From Spirochaetia bacterium (GTDB lineage: Bacteria > Spirochaetota > Spirochaetia > WTKD01 > G963693115), in NCBI GenBank assembly GCA_965226055.1, contig CBDDCA010000004.1, forward strand, positions 128,001 to 192,000: a stretch of DNA of 64,000 nucleotides, written 5' to 3'. Under the pieces are notes generated by a model. It had not been told where the DNA came from. It ran no database searches and worked only from the letters and a program-made list of their open reading frames with translations. Both the position numbers and the translations under genes were made by a program. This document shows, piece after piece, positions 20,401 to 30,425 of the stretch. Positions within the stretch are counted from its first letter, which is position 1. Each line of letters starts with the position of its first letter.

Positions 20401-22068
20401 GCAACAAATAGCGACAAGCTCTTTCCTGCAGGCTTTTACACCGATGTAACAGAAATAAAGGAAATCTATACTTCCAAAGCAGTAGCACCCAGCCAGTCAT
20501 TACTGACAGGAAAGCTAGTAGTATCACAGTCAACAAATACTACAGGCACAATAAAGCTGGTACTTACCGAGCTAAATACATTTACAGGAGCAAAAGACTA
20601 CGATGGCACAAGCATAACAGCAAATGACAAGCTAGTATACACAGTGTATGGCTTACAGAAAGACACTGACCCTAGCATAGCAGAAGTACTTGCAGGCAGA
20701 AAGATAAACCTAGGCAGTGCAACAAGCGGAGTGTACACAGTACCAGCCCTTGCCAGTTTAGGCTTGTCATCAGACACAGCACCAGTAGTAGCAATAAAAG
20801 GAGCGACAAAGTATTACTTTGTGGTAGAAGTAGCAGTAAAAACAGATACAAGCAAGAAAGTAGCATCCTCAACAGTGGCAAGCGTAACAACCGCATCGCA
20901 GGCGACTGCCCCCGCAGAAGTAACAAGCATACAAACAAGAGTAGCCCAGACAGGTATGAGAGTATCGTGGACAGCTCCCAGCCTCAGTGCAAGCCACAAA
21001 GCAAATACAGGCGATGCCCTAACAGTAGCACAAGTATCGTACAAAGTATACAAAGTAGCCAAAAGTGGCAGTGCAAGAAGCGTAACAGCGATAAAAAATG
21101 CAGACTCAAGCCCCACAACAGTAGCAGCAGGAACAACAAACACTACCCTGACAGGATTGACAAATGGAACGACCTACGAAATAGTAGTACAAGCAGTAAA
21201 CAGCACCGATCCTACAAAAGCATCGACAGGAGAACGCCACGAGTTTGAAGTAAGCGCAATATCTATAGGAAATACTAGCGTAGTATCAGCAGAAGTAGGC
21301 AAAACACCAGCAATAAATACTACAAGAGTACTTACCAGCACACCCAGTGGCAATGCCTTTACCTGTGATGCCAATATACAAGAGGCAGATGCAGAGAAAA
21401 TCAAAAAAGAAACAGGCCTTACAGTATCGTTTGATCAGAGTAGCAAAACAGTTACCATAACAGGCATAGCAAATAAGTCCAATATACGAGACACAGCTAT
21501 TACTGAGTATAGCTATGATGTAGCACAGTGTACCCTTACTGCATCAAAGAAAAAAGTACCAGCCACTATCGTTATACAGACAGATATAAGAACAGCACCA
21601 TCAGGAAAAGCAGAGGCCTATTACAGACCAACAACAAAATCAGCACTACAAACTATTATCAGTGAAGAAAAGACAAGGCAAGCTACAGGAGGGAAGAGTA
21701 GCAACCCTAGCCCCAACCTCAACATGATAGACACCAGTGCTATTACTGATATGAAGGGTTTATTTTTTGGTGATAGAACTTTTAATGGAGACATAACACA
21801 GTGGAATACAAGTAGCGTAATGAGTATGAATGGTATGTTCTCTGGAACTATAAAGTTTAATCAAAATATAAGCGGGTGGGATGTCGGAAATGTTACTAAT
21901 GCATACAGTATATTTAATGTTGCCACGGCATTTAATCAAGATTTATCATCGTGGAGAATGTGTAAAATTAAACCAAACTCAGCTGATATTCACTCTATGT
22001 TTTTATTAGCACCTTTAACAGCAGATAAGTACCCAAAATTTAAGGGATCTCCACAGTGTAGCACATAG
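17476..22068 (+). CDS. Large surface lipoprotein with fibronectin type III repeats and C-terminal DUF285/BspA-like repeats
   Basis: AGGAGG RBS, lipobox LVGC, Fn3 patterns (W..P...Y...GL..T.Y.V.V), terminal FNGDITQWNTS / FNQNISGWDV / FNQDLSSW repeats. Confidence 0.85.
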   Translation: MIHRDLQAVKIGGGGVHSRYKQNLTILAVLAMTTLVLVGCAESSSSSSGGGGTPVTPTLASVSNVQIQVAGNDGMLSLRWQAPSEATHVVVKATSTTPAQSIQVRVPAIEYRALFQQNRPYTLRGLHATTDYTVEIEAQKSDSGSDTEVSPKTTRSVTTLSDETAPQDTFTQVAVESATNGIKITWDKALLSLGKTDIAEAIIQVIESTTNVKKEVTVQDVTQGEVTIAVPTIDGISYDVTVVYRDSNGNESTAKQALRGIVPSALSQTVTPLSASDLTVTANDKSNSPADESLLIKWDDKDDSFDFSNKSLQVRVIATATNTVVAEETIDKDTSATNVSGASADNQEYATVYVAKDGIALTKLYGTLTYKVEVYVFKNGKYSTAVSKEQATTDKSTEPVSNVSAVGGATSIVVGWQAPDVRDYAGVSITATEKDSSTAAKTVTITERTVRNTQIPGLKATTEYTVAVVSMDSAGNKGTEATATVATAADSTAPDAVTSIQASYPFVSAAKIGTQITWTAPDTTKANNKDIKEYSVSIAEKGTSTTVLSEKKIPYPTTSLSVEELTQGKTYTITILTLDYSENKSTQATKDITTPNSLTAPSEDLFQNKPTLDKTGAIQIKATFKQAPGIGRYYTLRMKDGANLIAEKSITNTATTISFGIADGVEVPKSQANAKNYRFDFLQIANNRVSPVTALSDAVAVYDSTSTAPPAPKDAKLTVESVTQTTAKAVYTFSAGDITDTNKAPSGAKLTQAQIQYKVYIAAGDHSTKTLDEIKALAGVQTRELAGDSTPLKATFIGTKGADYTAGVEAINSLNPAYSIGASVTIKKATLTAPPSTPKVTTYTNSNAVVFAVPTTGSNRGKKVITVQLNASAIAGVSKANGNALEATDLAYYVLYLKKEDTTGKPASVSALWAVEKSSVKVAKYVKATGTTQDTISIAIVDSTSGSNAGATPIETAKDYYIGVRIVNTTSPNYDATNSDKLFPAGFYTDVTEIKEIYTSKAVAPSQSLLTGKLVVSQSTNTTGTIKLVLTELNTFTGAKDYDGTSITANDKLVYTVYGLQKDTDPSIAEVLAGRKINLGSATSGVYTVPALASLGLSSDTAPVVAIKGATKYYFVVEVAVKTDTSKKVASSTVASVTTASQATAPAEVTSIQTRVAQTGMRVSWTAPSLSASHKANTGDALTVAQVSYKVYKVAKSGSARSVTAIKNADSSPTTVAAGTTNTTLTGLTNGTTYEIVVQAVNSTDPTKASTGERHEFEVSAISIGNTSVVSAEVGKTPAINTTRVLTSTPSGNAFTCDANIQEADAEKIKKETGLTVSFDQSSKTVTITGIANKSNIRDTAITEYSYDVAQCTLTASKKKVPATIVIQTDIRTAPSGKAEAYYRPTTKSALQTIISEEKTRQATGGKSSNPSPNLNMIDTSAITDMKGLFFGDRTFNGDITQWNTSSVMSMNGMFSGTIKFNQNISGWDVGNVTNAYSIFNVATAFNQDLSSWRMCKIKPNSADIHSMFLLAPLTADKYPKFKGSPQCST
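17509..17521 (+). repeat. Poly-G13 tract in the lipoprotein signal-peptide coding region
   Basis: 13 consecutive G in an AT-rich genome; reading frame currently intact. Confidence 0.9.
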
Positions 22069-22088
22069 TGGGAATATAAGAGATACAC

Positions 22089-22129
22089 ACATATGGCAAG
22101 AAAGGAAATGCTCCTTTCTTGCCATATGT
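22089..22129 (+). terminator. Perfect 18-bp hairpin after the lipoprotein gene
   Basis: acatatggcaagaaagga-aatgc-tcctttcttgccatatgt. Confidence 0.75.
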
Positions 22130-22173
22130 TAAGTAGACTATTATGTGGGATATATAGTAACATAGGCATAGGT

Positions 22174-22839
22174 ATGGTAATAAAATATAAGCAATTATGG
22201 GGATTTTTATTATTATTCTTTTATATCAGTAGTACTGTTTTTTCCCATATTATAACAACAGAGTTCTCAGCAGGATTTCTTTTCCGATATTTTATATGGA
22301 ATGGTATTCAATATATATTTTCTTATGGTTTTTATCATATATTATGTATTCTTGGAATTGTATGTGTCATACAATCACGTACTGCTAGTATTCAACAAAT
22401 AGTATTGTTTTTCGTAGCGTATTTGTTTTCTCTCTTTTGGGGAGCTAGTAGTAATGTTGTTATTCCTCAGTACTATAGTAGCATAATTCTGTTTCTTTCT
22501 CTTGTATTCTTAGGGGTTGGAAATGGTATAGGAATGAGATATCCTAAGTATCGTTGGCTTTTTATTCTATTTTTGGGATATATGTACGGTACAGATGCTG
22601 CAAGTAGTATGAAAAGTCTCTATGCTCCATTGTTATTTCACAGCACAAATAACACTGTGAGTGTTCTGGCGTTTGCTATTGGTATTATAGTAGCATTGCT
22701 CAGTGTAGTGGGCTTGGTATATATGATAGTATTTCCTTTCCGTAAGTATAAAGCCCTTGTGTTTCGGTATGTAAATTTCACTATTGCAGTACTAGGAGTA
22801 CTATTACTATTACAGTCCATAATAGGAGGGTTACTATAA
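22174..22839 (+). CDS. HupE/UreJ-like membrane protein
   Basis: Signal peptide ending FSH, GIQYIFSYGFYHILCIL resembling G..HP..G.DH.L, multiple TM helices; start placed after the hairpin. Confidence 0.55.
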   Translation: MVIKYKQLWGFLLLFFYISSTVFSHIITTEFSAGFLFRYFIWNGIQYIFSYGFYHILCILGIVCVIQSRTASIQQIVLFFVAYLFSLFWGASSNVVIPQYYSSIILFLSLVFLGVGNGIGMRYPKYRWLFILFLGYMYGTDAASSMKSLYAPLLFHSTNNTVSVLAFAIGIIVALLSVVGLVYMIVFPFRKYKALVFRYVNFTIAVLGVLLLLQSIIGGLL

Positions 22840-23001
22840 CCGCTGTTATAAGACAAAGGCATATCTTAACAAACTATAGAATGCATTCCTTTTTATATTT
22901 CCTTGCTCTTTTCTACTCCTTTGTCACTCATAATAATGTGTTTCGTGTATACATCATACAGTGACATTTTCAAGTTTTTGTTACAAAAGGGATGTATTGT
23001 A

Positions 23002-23030
23002 TTGACCATAAGGCTATGCTATGATATAGT
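23002..23030 (+). promoter_or_regulatory. Sigma70 promoter of tRNA-Gly
   Basis: TTGACC-17 nt-TATAGT with extended TGn. Confidence 0.7.
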
Positions 23031-23040
23031 AATAGTAAAT

Positions 23041-23112
23041 GCGAGCGTCGTATAGCGGCTATTATATCAGCCTTCCAAGCTGAGGATGCGGGTTCGATTC
23101 CCGCCGCTCGCT
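23041..23112 (+). tRNA. tRNA-Gly (TCC)
   Basis: Acceptor GCGAGCG/CGCTCGC, anticodon arm TCAGC-CTTCCAA-GCTGA, GGTTCGATTC. Confidence 0.95.
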
Positions 23113-23154
23113 ATAGTATTGAAATTATTGCAAAAAAATTTAGCAGGGGGAAAT

Positions 23155-23418
23155 ATGAAATTACGGGGAGAAATTTACTCAGATAAGTATAGTACTTCAA
23201 ATGGTCGTAGAACGTATTTTTTTAATGTCAAAAAAAATAGAGAAGGCGATCTTTTCTTAAATCTTGTCGAGAGCATGAAGAAATTTGATGGTCGTTTTGA
23301 TAGACAAGAAATTATTATCTATGAAGAGCATATAGAAGAGTTTAGAGACGCTTTTAATAGGGTTATTGACGAATTTATTGTCCTAAAGCAAAAACACAGT
23401 AAAGATTCATCTGAATAG
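23155..23418 (+). CDS. DUF3276 / PUR-domain nucleic-acid-binding protein
   Basis: RGEIYS...RTYFFNVKKNREGDLFLNLVES...FDRQEIIIYEE, typical of spirochaete Pur proteins; GGGGG RBS. Confidence 0.9.
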   Translation: MKLRGEIYSDKYSTSNGRRTYFFNVKKNREGDLFLNLVESMKKFDGRFDRQEIIIYEEHIEEFRDAFNRVIDEFIVLKQKHSKDSSE

Positions 23419-23449
23419 TATTCATCTGAATATTTAGTTGAATATTTAG

Positions 23450-23476
23450 TACAGGTATCTTATTACGATACCTGTA
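23450..23476. terminator. Intrinsic terminator hairpin
   Basis: tacaggtatc-ttattac-gatacctgta followed by a T-rich tail, between convergent genes. Confidence 0.7.
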
Positions 23477-23557
23477 TATTTTCTTTCCATTCTCTTTATT
23501 GTTATAGTATATCGTGAGTATGCTTGTTCTATGTAGATACAGTATACAAAGTAATGT

Positions 23558-24457
23558 TTATATACTCACTTTTAGTTGAGATAATAAGTCCTTTGGTAGC
23601 TTATGGTGTGGTCTAGAGCCTAGTAAATATGCAAGGAACATAGCACGTGGAGCTGAATCTGATCCTGCTATGATATTACTTTGCATTAGTTTCATGAAAT
23701 CAAATTTTTCACGTAATAGTAAAAGAATACAATAAGGAAGATTACTTCGAATATCACATCCTAATCCAGCATCTTCTATTAACAAACGGGTACTTTTGTC
23801 TGTTGACGCAAGTGCTTGTCCTTTTTTAATAAGATCAATCAGTTCTGTATCATTTGTTTTACTATTAGCATACTGTATTGTTTGTTCTATACTGTACTCG
23901 TTTGATACTGCTATGCTAGCATGTATAAGCCATTGTATGCCTGCTCTAATAAGGGCATGATTATGGGTCATATCACTTCTTTTTTGTATTGATGTAATAA
24001 TATCTTCTGCACTGTTGTCAGCATGAGATTGTACGATAAGAGATACTCCACACAGTACTCCACAGAAATCGGTACTCGTAGTGTAGTATGGAGTTATGTT
24101 TTTTTGTAAATTTTGGAGTGTACTCTTTGTGCTACCATCTTTATGTCCATCATAGTTTTCTACAAACTGCTGCCAAGATTTGCTGTACTCATCAGTAGAA
24201 AAAGAGCTATTGTTCTTTCCATAATGATATAAATGTAAAAGCATGTCACCATAATGGCTTTGTTGTCCCTTCTCTTTGCTAGCAAAATAAGTGTTATATT
24301 TTCCTGAATTAAGCATAGAGAGATCAATAGAACCATTTTCAATAAGAGTATCTATGTTTTTTAAATCATAGTTCCAATGCAAAGGCATTGTATATGAATC
24401 AGCTACGAGTATATGTTGTAAAAGATTTTGTATATTTAGGTTTTTAATAGTATCCAT
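23558..24457 (-). CDS. ADP-ribosylglycohydrolase (crystallin J1-like) family protein
   Basis: VADS...HWNYD, GQQSHYGD, MTH, NIIAGSDSAPRA motifs. Confidence 0.8.
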   Translation of the reverse strand: MDTIKNLNIQNLLQHILVADSYTMPLHWNYDLKNIDTLIENGSIDLSMLNSGKYNTYFASKEKGQQSHYGDMLLHLYHYGKNNSSFSTDEYSKSWQQFVENYDGHKDGSTKSTLQNLQKNITPYYTTSTDFCGVLCGVSLIVQSHADNSAEDIITSIQKRSDMTHNHALIRAGIQWLIHASIAVSNEYSIEQTIQYANSKTNDTELIDLIKKGQALASTDKSTRLLIEDAGLGCDIRSNLPYCILLLLREKFDFMKLMQSNIIAGSDSAPRAMFLAYLLGSRPHHKLPKDLLSQLKVSI

Positions 24458-24592
24458 ATTTGTATTATAGTATATTTATTCTGTTTTTGCTCCTTTGTCA
24501 ATTTAATGCTTGAACTTTTGAATTTGAATTTTCAAATAAAGCACTTTTTTTATTGACTTTTATTGATTTTTATATTATTATAAAGAAAATAC

Positions 24593-24666
24593 GCCATCTT
24601 AGCTCAGCTGGCTAGAGCACGTGACTTGTAATCTCGGGGTCGTCAGTTCGAATCTGACAGATGGCT
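24593..24666 (+). tRNA. tRNA-Thr (TGT)
   Basis: GCCATCT/AGATGGC acceptor, TAGCTCAG, anticodon loop CTTGTAA, GTTCGAATC. Confidence 0.95.
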
Positions 24667-24671
24667 AAACA

Positions 24672-24753
24672 GGGGAGTTTCCCGAGCGGTCAAAGGGGGC
24701 AGACTGTAAATCTGTTGGCGTCGCCTTCGCAGGTTCGAATCCTGCACTCCCCA
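24672..24753 (+). tRNA. tRNA-Tyr (GTA)
   Basis: GGGGAGT/ACTCCCC acceptor, anticodon loop CTGTAAA, long variable arm, GGTTCGAATCC. Confidence 0.95.
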
Positions 24754-25027
24754 AAATGTATTGCAAATATATTGCGTAATGCTTGAATTATTGAAAGAAA
24801 TGTGTAGATCTAATAATAGAGAAGGAATAAGTATCGCAGTCGTGTTTTGTATTACGTTAATAGTAAGTTCTTAGTTTTTATCTGTTTTTCTTTTAGTATT
24901 TATTGATTTTATATGATTGTAATGATAGCATTAAATATGTGTGGTAGTATATATGAGAGATATGTACTATAGTGTATAATGAAATTATACCAGAGGTATA
25001 ATAAAATATATTATTTTTGTTACAAGT

Positions 25028-25990
25028 ATGAAATTTTGTTGTAGAGGAGTTAGAGGATCTCGCACTGTTATCAATACAGTTGAAGACTATATGCATAATT
25101 TTGCACGATTCTTTCTGTCTCTTGATAAGCACGAGCTTCTTTCTCTTGGTGATGATTTAGAGTCAGTGAAGAAGCATTTCTATTCGGTGTCTTCGCGTGA
25201 AAAAATGCATTCGATACTAGGATATGGTAATAATACTCCTTGTGTTGAATTACAGTGCGGTGATAAGGATACATCTTTTATTTTTGATCTTGGAAGTGGT
25301 GCCAGTAATATTGTTCTTCCTGAGCACTTAAAGTCAGTCCATATATTTTTTTCGCATTTTCATTATGATCATATTATTGGTATTCCTTTTACAAAATTTT
25401 TACAAAGAAAAGATATTGATATTCATTTTTATAGCCCTGTTGAAAATTTTGAAAAAATAGTTCGTGATTATCTACAACCGCCCTTTTTTCCTATTGATTT
25501 AGATATAATTACAGGGTACAATAAAAAAGTATATTTTCATTCATTACATGGTAAAAAGAGTATAAGCATAGCTGGAAAAGATATAACATGGATGGAGCTT
25601 AATCATCCTGGTGTTTCTTATGCATATAAAGTGAAAGATGGAAGCAAATCATTTTGTTATTTTACTGATGTAAATATAATAGATGACTATTTTCTTGCAT
25701 CGGAAGAAAAAAATGTATTTTTGGATACTATTGATAGTATGATTATTGATGCATCACTTAATTTTGCTGATTCATTGCAGAAAAGATCGTGGGGACACAC
25801 CAATATTTATGAAGGAGTAAATTTTGCAACGAAATGGGGAGTAAAAAAAATATATCTTTTTCATTATGATCCAGAAGATAGTGAGCTTGCAATTAATATA
25901 GGATATCAAACTGCTCTTTGGTATAAGAAAATGGTGTCTTCAAATACAAAAATTTTTCTTTCTCATGAAGGTCAGTGGGTTACCGTATAA
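25028..25990 (+). CDS. MBL-fold metallo-hydrolase
   Basis: GVRGS, YGNNTPC, DLGSG, SHFHYDH, HPG, TD, WGH, LFHYDP. Confidence 0.9.
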   Translation: MKFCCRGVRGSRTVINTVEDYMHNFARFFLSLDKHELLSLGDDLESVKKHFYSVSSREKMHSILGYGNNTPCVELQCGDKDTSFIFDLGSGASNIVLPEHLKSVHIFFSHFHYDHIIGIPFTKFLQRKDIDIHFYSPVENFEKIVRDYLQPPFFPIDLDIITGYNKKVYFHSLHGKKSISIAGKDITWMELNHPGVSYAYKVKDGSKSFCYFTDVNIIDDYFLASEEKNVFLDTIDSMIIDASLNFADSLQKRSWGHTNIYEGVNFATKWGVKKIYLFHYDPEDSELAINIGYQTALWYKKMVSSNTKIFLSHEGQWVTV

Positions 25991-26239
25991 TTGAAAGTAA
26001 CAGATTCTTCTTTAGAGTCAAATATGCATACTCTCTTATGTGATGAAAAAGAATTAAAAGAAATGTATGTTGTTCTCTGTTCTTTTGAAAATTTACCGAG
26101 TAGTTTATGGAATTTGCAAAAAAGAATAGGAAAGTTACTTACAAAGAAAATAACGGTACATGAATTACTTACAATGAAGAGTAGGATGAAGCATCTATTC
26201 CTTGGGACATTGATTGAAAAAAATGAGAAGTTAGATTGA
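25991..26239 (+). CDS. Hypothetical protein
   Basis: Fills the gap exactly between the MBL gene and dnaG; start uncertain (TTG 25991 or ATG 26024). Confidence 0.45.
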   Translation: MKVTDSSLESNMHTLLCDEKELKEMYVVLCSFENLPSSLWNLQKRIGKLLTKKITVHELLTMKSRMKHLFLGTLIEKNEKLD

Positions 26240-28149
26240 TCATGAATTCATTATTAAACAAAGGCTTTATTTCTAAGCATATTATAGATGAGATTGAAAG
26301 AAAAATTGACATAGTATCAGTCATTGGACGCTATGTTGCACTTCATAAACGAGGAGGGAAATATTGGGGATTAAGTCCTTTCAAAGTGGAAAAGACTCCA
26401 TCGTTTACTGTTGATCCTGTAAAGAAATTATATTACTGTTTTAGTACACAGCAAGGAGGGAATGTATTTACTTTCATTAAATCTGTTGAAAATGTCAATT
26501 TTGTAAATGCTGTACATATACTGGCAAAAGAAGCAGGAGTTGTTATTCCTGATGTACAGTATTCTTCTACAGGGAAAGACCAAGATGAAAATAGTATCTA
26601 TGAGAGAGCGCTTAAGATACTATCGTATATAAGTGAGCAGAGTGTTGCTATGCTATCTCATGATCCACAGGCTTATACAGTGAGAGAATATCTTCATAGA
26701 AGAAATATACATCAGGATAGTATACAACGCTTTCGTTTGGGCTATGTTCCATCTAAAAGAGATTGGGCTTATCAGCTTTTGAAGCAAAAAGGATTTAGTG
26801 ATCATGAAATGGCATCTTCTGGGTTATTTAGTAAAAAATCTCCGCAATACTGTCTTTTTACACAGCGATTGGTGTTTCCTATTATGAAACTATACGGACA
26901 AGTTGTTGGTTTTGGAGGACGTTTATTAGAAGGAGAGGGACCTAAGTATCTTAATTCTCCACAAAGTAGCTTTTTTGAGAAGAAACAAATGGTGTATGGC
27001 TTATATGAGGCTACACAAGGAAAATATAATTTTGAAAAACTTTATGTAGTTGAGGGATATTTTGATGTTATTGCTATGCATCAAGCTGGTATCACTAATA
27101 CAGTGGCTCCGTTAGGTACTGCATTTACTGTTGAGCATGCACGAATACTACGAAGGTTTACGGATACCATCGTACTGGTGTTTGATAATGATGAGGCAGG
27201 GAGACAAGCTGCATTGCGTGCAGCAACTATATGTGAGAGCATAGGGTTTCGTGCTATTCGTACAGTAGATCTTCCAAAAAAAGATGTGGCTGATATTCTA
27301 CAAGAGTATGGAGAAGGAGGCGTAAGAGATGAAGTACTTGAAGATAGGGATTTTTTTGATTATTATATTGATAGGTTGCTTTTAGGACAGAACGAAAGTC
27401 AAGAGTATAGAGAAAAGGCTTTGTTAGAGATAAGTTCGTATATTTCTGGTGTGTCACTAGGGTATAGAAAGGAAATGTATCTTGCAAAGGTTACACAGTT
27501 ATTTGGAGTAACAAAAGCTACATTACAGGGGATTATGAAATATATGCTAAAACAAAGGGGGGACGGAAACAGTACTCATTATGAAGAACAGCATGATTCT
27601 ACTGGCGTAACACAGCAGAAGCCGAGTAAAAAAGTCCCAAAAACAGCTGAGTTATTGTTTGTAGCAGCATTAAGTTATAATCTTACAAATTATGAGGTGA
27701 TAAGACGAGAGATAGCAGCAGATGATTTACTTGATAGTAATGCAAAGCATGTGTATCTGAAAATAGAAGAATTATACAGAACAGATACTCTTAGTTTTAC
27801 AGAGTTAATGGAACAAATTGATCAAGATGTGGCTACTGCTATTCGTACCTTAGTGTTTAGCGGAGAAGTTTCAAGGTATGCTAATGTGTTAGTGACAGAG
27901 TTTATAGATAAGCATAAAATATTAAAATATCGACATAGAAGTAATGAAATAAATAGGTTGCTTGCAATAAAAGAGCAACAGCTTGTTCAACAAAATGCCT
28001 TGGGTGATGGTAATGTTTTGTTAATGAGAAAGGAGATGAAGGAGCTTTTAGAAGAGAAAAAGTATATTAGTACTATGCTGTTGCACCTAAGTAAAAATAA
28101 AGGAAATGGCAGTAATAGTAATGGTGGAAAGACATATTCTTCGGTATAA
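26236..28149 (+). CDS. dnaG: DNA primase
   Basis: Zn-finger-like SPFKVEKTPSF (Cys/His substituted), GFGGR, PKYLNSP, VEGYFD, TOPRIM FDNDEAG. Confidence 0.97.
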   Translation: MIMNSLLNKGFISKHIIDEIERKIDIVSVIGRYVALHKRGGKYWGLSPFKVEKTPSFTVDPVKKLYYCFSTQQGGNVFTFIKSVENVNFVNAVHILAKEAGVVIPDVQYSSTGKDQDENSIYERALKILSYISEQSVAMLSHDPQAYTVREYLHRRNIHQDSIQRFRLGYVPSKRDWAYQLLKQKGFSDHEMASSGLFSKKSPQYCLFTQRLVFPIMKLYGQVVGFGGRLLEGEGPKYLNSPQSSFFEKKQMVYGLYEATQGKYNFEKLYVVEGYFDVIAMHQAGITNTVAPLGTAFTVEHARILRRFTDTIVLVFDNDEAGRQAALRAATICESIGFRAIRTVDLPKKDVADILQEYGEGGVRDEVLEDRDFFDYYIDRLLLGQNESQEYREKALLEISSYISGVSLGYRKEMYLAKVTQLFGVTKATLQGIMKYMLKQRGDGNSTHYEEQHDSTGVTQQKPSKKVPKTAELLFVAALSYNLTNYEVIRREIAADDLLDSNAKHVYLKIEELYRTDTLSFTELMEQIDQDVATAIRTLVFSGEVSRYANVLVTEFIDKHKILKYRHRSNEINRLLAIKEQQLVQQNALGDGNVLLMRKEMKELLEEKKYISTMLLHLSKNKGNGSNSNGGKTYSSV

Positions 28150-28273
28150 TTTTTATTGTACTGATAGTTAAAAAAATAGCTAAAAAGATAGTTAAAAAAG
28201 ACAGCAAAAAAGGATGGATTTACTATAATATATAGGTATATATATGCACTATAAACATAAAAAAGGATAGCGT

Positions 28274-30412
28274 ATGGAAAAAAAAGAGAAAAAAAGTAAT
28301 GTTATAAAGAAGAAGCAAAAAATGGATGAAAATAAGAAAACAAAAAGCAGTGTTACTGAAAAAAAGAACACTGCGGTGAGTACTAAAAAGAATGTTCCTA
28401 AAAAAGAGGTAAAAAAGAAGAATAGTACTACAGAAAAAAAAGGAGCAGATAAGGAAACAAAAGTTTCTCGTAGTAGCAAAAAAAATGCTACTACTGTTAG
28501 TAAGGAAGCAAAAGTAAGTGTAAAGCTAAGTAATGCTGATGTACATAAAGATGTACAGAAAAAGGAAAGCGTGCCTAAGAGAAAGAAAAAGTCGTCTGGG
28601 TCTACTGCTGTGAAAAAGAAAGCTACAGTTGCAGTGTCGGCAGAGGGTATACTTGAGTACGATATGGATGAGGCGAGTTATAGCGTACAATTACCAAAGG
28701 ATATTCAAGATAGTGTTGATGAGTTGTTATTGGAAGCTAATGTAAAGATCCCAATATCCGTTGATAAGCTCATAGAAGGGGTGAGTAGTGATGAGATGAT
28801 AAGTGCTAAAAATGTTAAGAATATTTTGAGCTATGTACAAAAAAGGGGTTTTACGGTAACAGACATTGATTTAGAAGGAAAGGATGGTTTAATAAGTGAT
28901 GTAGATGAGAATGAAGACACCATTAATGATCCTGTTCGACTGTATTTGCGAGAAATAGGGAGAAAAAAATTATTAAGTGCAGAGGATGAAATAAATCTTG
29001 CACGTGAAATGAGGGAAGGAGAGCAAAAAATTGCAAGCCTCATAAAAACATCAGGGTTATTTTTGTTAGAGCTAAACAATATAATGCTCAATATGAAAAA
29101 GACAAAAGATAATGATGCCGAATCTGATACCTTACATAAATCTGAAAATGAAGATTTCGATTCTAATGTAGAAATTAAGCGTTTGTCTCAGTTGTATAGA
29201 TCTATTATTAATCAGATTGAAAATCCTTTGACACAGTATTTACACTTAAAGAAAAAAGCGTTTATGAATGGGGAAAATTTTTTTGATGATCCTACTATTC
29301 TTAAGCTGAGAGAAGGTATATTTAAGAAGATTAAAAAAGTTGAAATTGATGCATCAGAAATACAACGGATAACTGATGTGTTTTTCTCTATCTTAAAGAC
29401 TATTGAGGGATATAAAAAAAGAAAGCAAACTATATGTAATTTATTTCAAGTAAGGGACCCTAAGGAAGTACGAAAGTTTGGGCGTAATTTAATTACTGCT
29501 ACGCAGAGAAAAGAAATATATCAAAAGTTAGGGATTTCTATTTCTGATATAAAAAAGTATATACAAGAATTTAAGGAAGCTGATAAACGATTGTCTCATG
29601 TAGAATACTATTATGATATGACATTACAGGAGATAAAGGATATACTGTCTAAAATTGCAAGATTACATCTTCATCTTCAAGAAGTAAAGGAAAATCTTAT
29701 TGAATCTAATTTACGATTAGTGGTGAGTATTGCAAAAAAATATACAAATAGAGGTCTTATGCTATTTGATCTTGTACAAGAAGGAAATCTTGGCTTAGTA
29801 AGAGCAGTGGAAAAATTTGAATACTTAAAAGGCTTTAAGTTTTCTACCTATGCAACATGGTGGATTCGACAGGCAATAACGAGAGCTATTTCTGATCAAG
29901 CAAGAACTATTCGTGTTCCTGTGCATATGATTGAACAGATAAACAAAGTATCACGAGTAGAGAAAAAGCTCATGCAAGGATTAGGGAGGGAAGTGAGTGA
30001 TGAAGAAATAGCAGAAAATTTAGGATGGGAAAAAAATAAAGTGAAGAATGTTCGTAATGTGTCGCGTGAGCCTATTTCTTTAGAGACTCCTGTTGGGGAA
30101 GAAGATGATTCGTTGTTGAGTGATTTTGTAGAAGATAAGAGTACTCATTCTCCAAATCAGCTTACATCGTTTTATTTATTGCAAGAACAGCTACGGGAAG
30201 TGCTGTCAACATTGCCTCATCGTGAACAACAAGTCATTCGTTTACGTTTTGGGTTGGACGATGGATATCCTCTCACTTTGGAAGAGGTTGGGCTGCATTT
30301 TAATGTAACGCGTGAGCGTATTCGACAAATAGAATCAAAGGCATTGAAACGTCTTCAAAATTCACGATTTAGACTAAAATTACGTGACTATCTTGAAGAA
30401 GATGAGAAATAG
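28274..30412 (+). CDS. rpoD: RNA polymerase primary sigma factor with long Lys-rich N-terminal extension
   Basis: [50 protein letters not shown]...[10 protein letters not shown]. Confidence 0.98.
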   Translation: MEKKEKKSNVIKKKQKMDENKKTKSSVTEKKNTAVSTKKNVPKKEVKKKNSTTEKKGADKETKVSRSSKKNATTVSKEAKVSVKLSNADVHKDVQKKESVPKRKKKSSGSTAVKKKATVAVSAEGILEYDMDEASYSVQLPKDIQDSVDELLLEANVKIPISVDKLIEGVSSDEMISAKNVKNILSYVQKRGFTVTDIDLEGKDGLISDVDENEDTINDPVRLYLREIGRKKLLSAEDEINLAREMREGEQKIASLIKTSGLFLLELNNIMLNMKKTKDNDAESDTLHKSENEDFDSNVEIKRLSQLYRSIINQIENPLTQYLHLKKKAFMNGENFFDDPTILKLREGIFKKIKKVEIDASEIQRITDVFFSILKTIEGYKKRKQTICNLFQVRDPKEVRKFGRNLITATQRKEIYQKLGISISDIKKYIQEFKEADKRLSHVEYYYDMTLQEIKDILSKIARLHLHLQEVKENLIESNLRLVVSIAKKYTNRGLMLFDLVQEGNLGLVRAVEKFEYLKGFKFSTYATWWIRQAITRAISDQARTIRVPVHMIEQINKVSRVEKKLMQGLGREVSDEEIAENLGWEKNKVKNVRNVSREPISLETPVGEEDDSLLSDFVEDKSTHSPNQLTSFYLLQEQLREVLSTLPHREQQVIRLRFGLDDGYPLTLEEVGLHFNVTRERIRQIESKALKRLQNSRFRLKLRDYLEEDEK

Positions 30413-30425
30413 TGTATAATAGATT

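Noticed and set aside
17424-21404. Many antisense ORFs inside the lipoprotein gene (also opposite the TPR, dynamin, pyk and mreB genes)
   Set aside because: Shadow frames caused by strand codon bias and repeats; Leu/Val/Cys-rich with no motifs
22093-22111. Possible sigma54 promoter TGGCA...TGC
   Set aside because: GG-GC spacing is 13 rather than 10, and the sequence is one arm of the hairpin
23086-23154. 5' extension of the DUF3276 ORF
   Set aside because: Overlaps tRNA-Gly; ATG 23155 has an RBS and matches the family start
23041-24753. tRNA genes as prophage or island integration sites
   Set aside because: No integrase and no duplicated tRNA 3' end seen in the window
24893-25132. 79-aa minus-strand ORF after tRNA-Tyr
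   Set aside because: Overlaps the MBL gene start on the opposite strand; no RBS or motif
28164-28211. Imperfect ~11-nt repeats (gatagttaaaaa) between dnaG and rpoD, and attcatctgaata x2 near 23405
   Set aside because: Only 2-4 degenerate copies; consistent with slippage duplications, no support for iterons or operators
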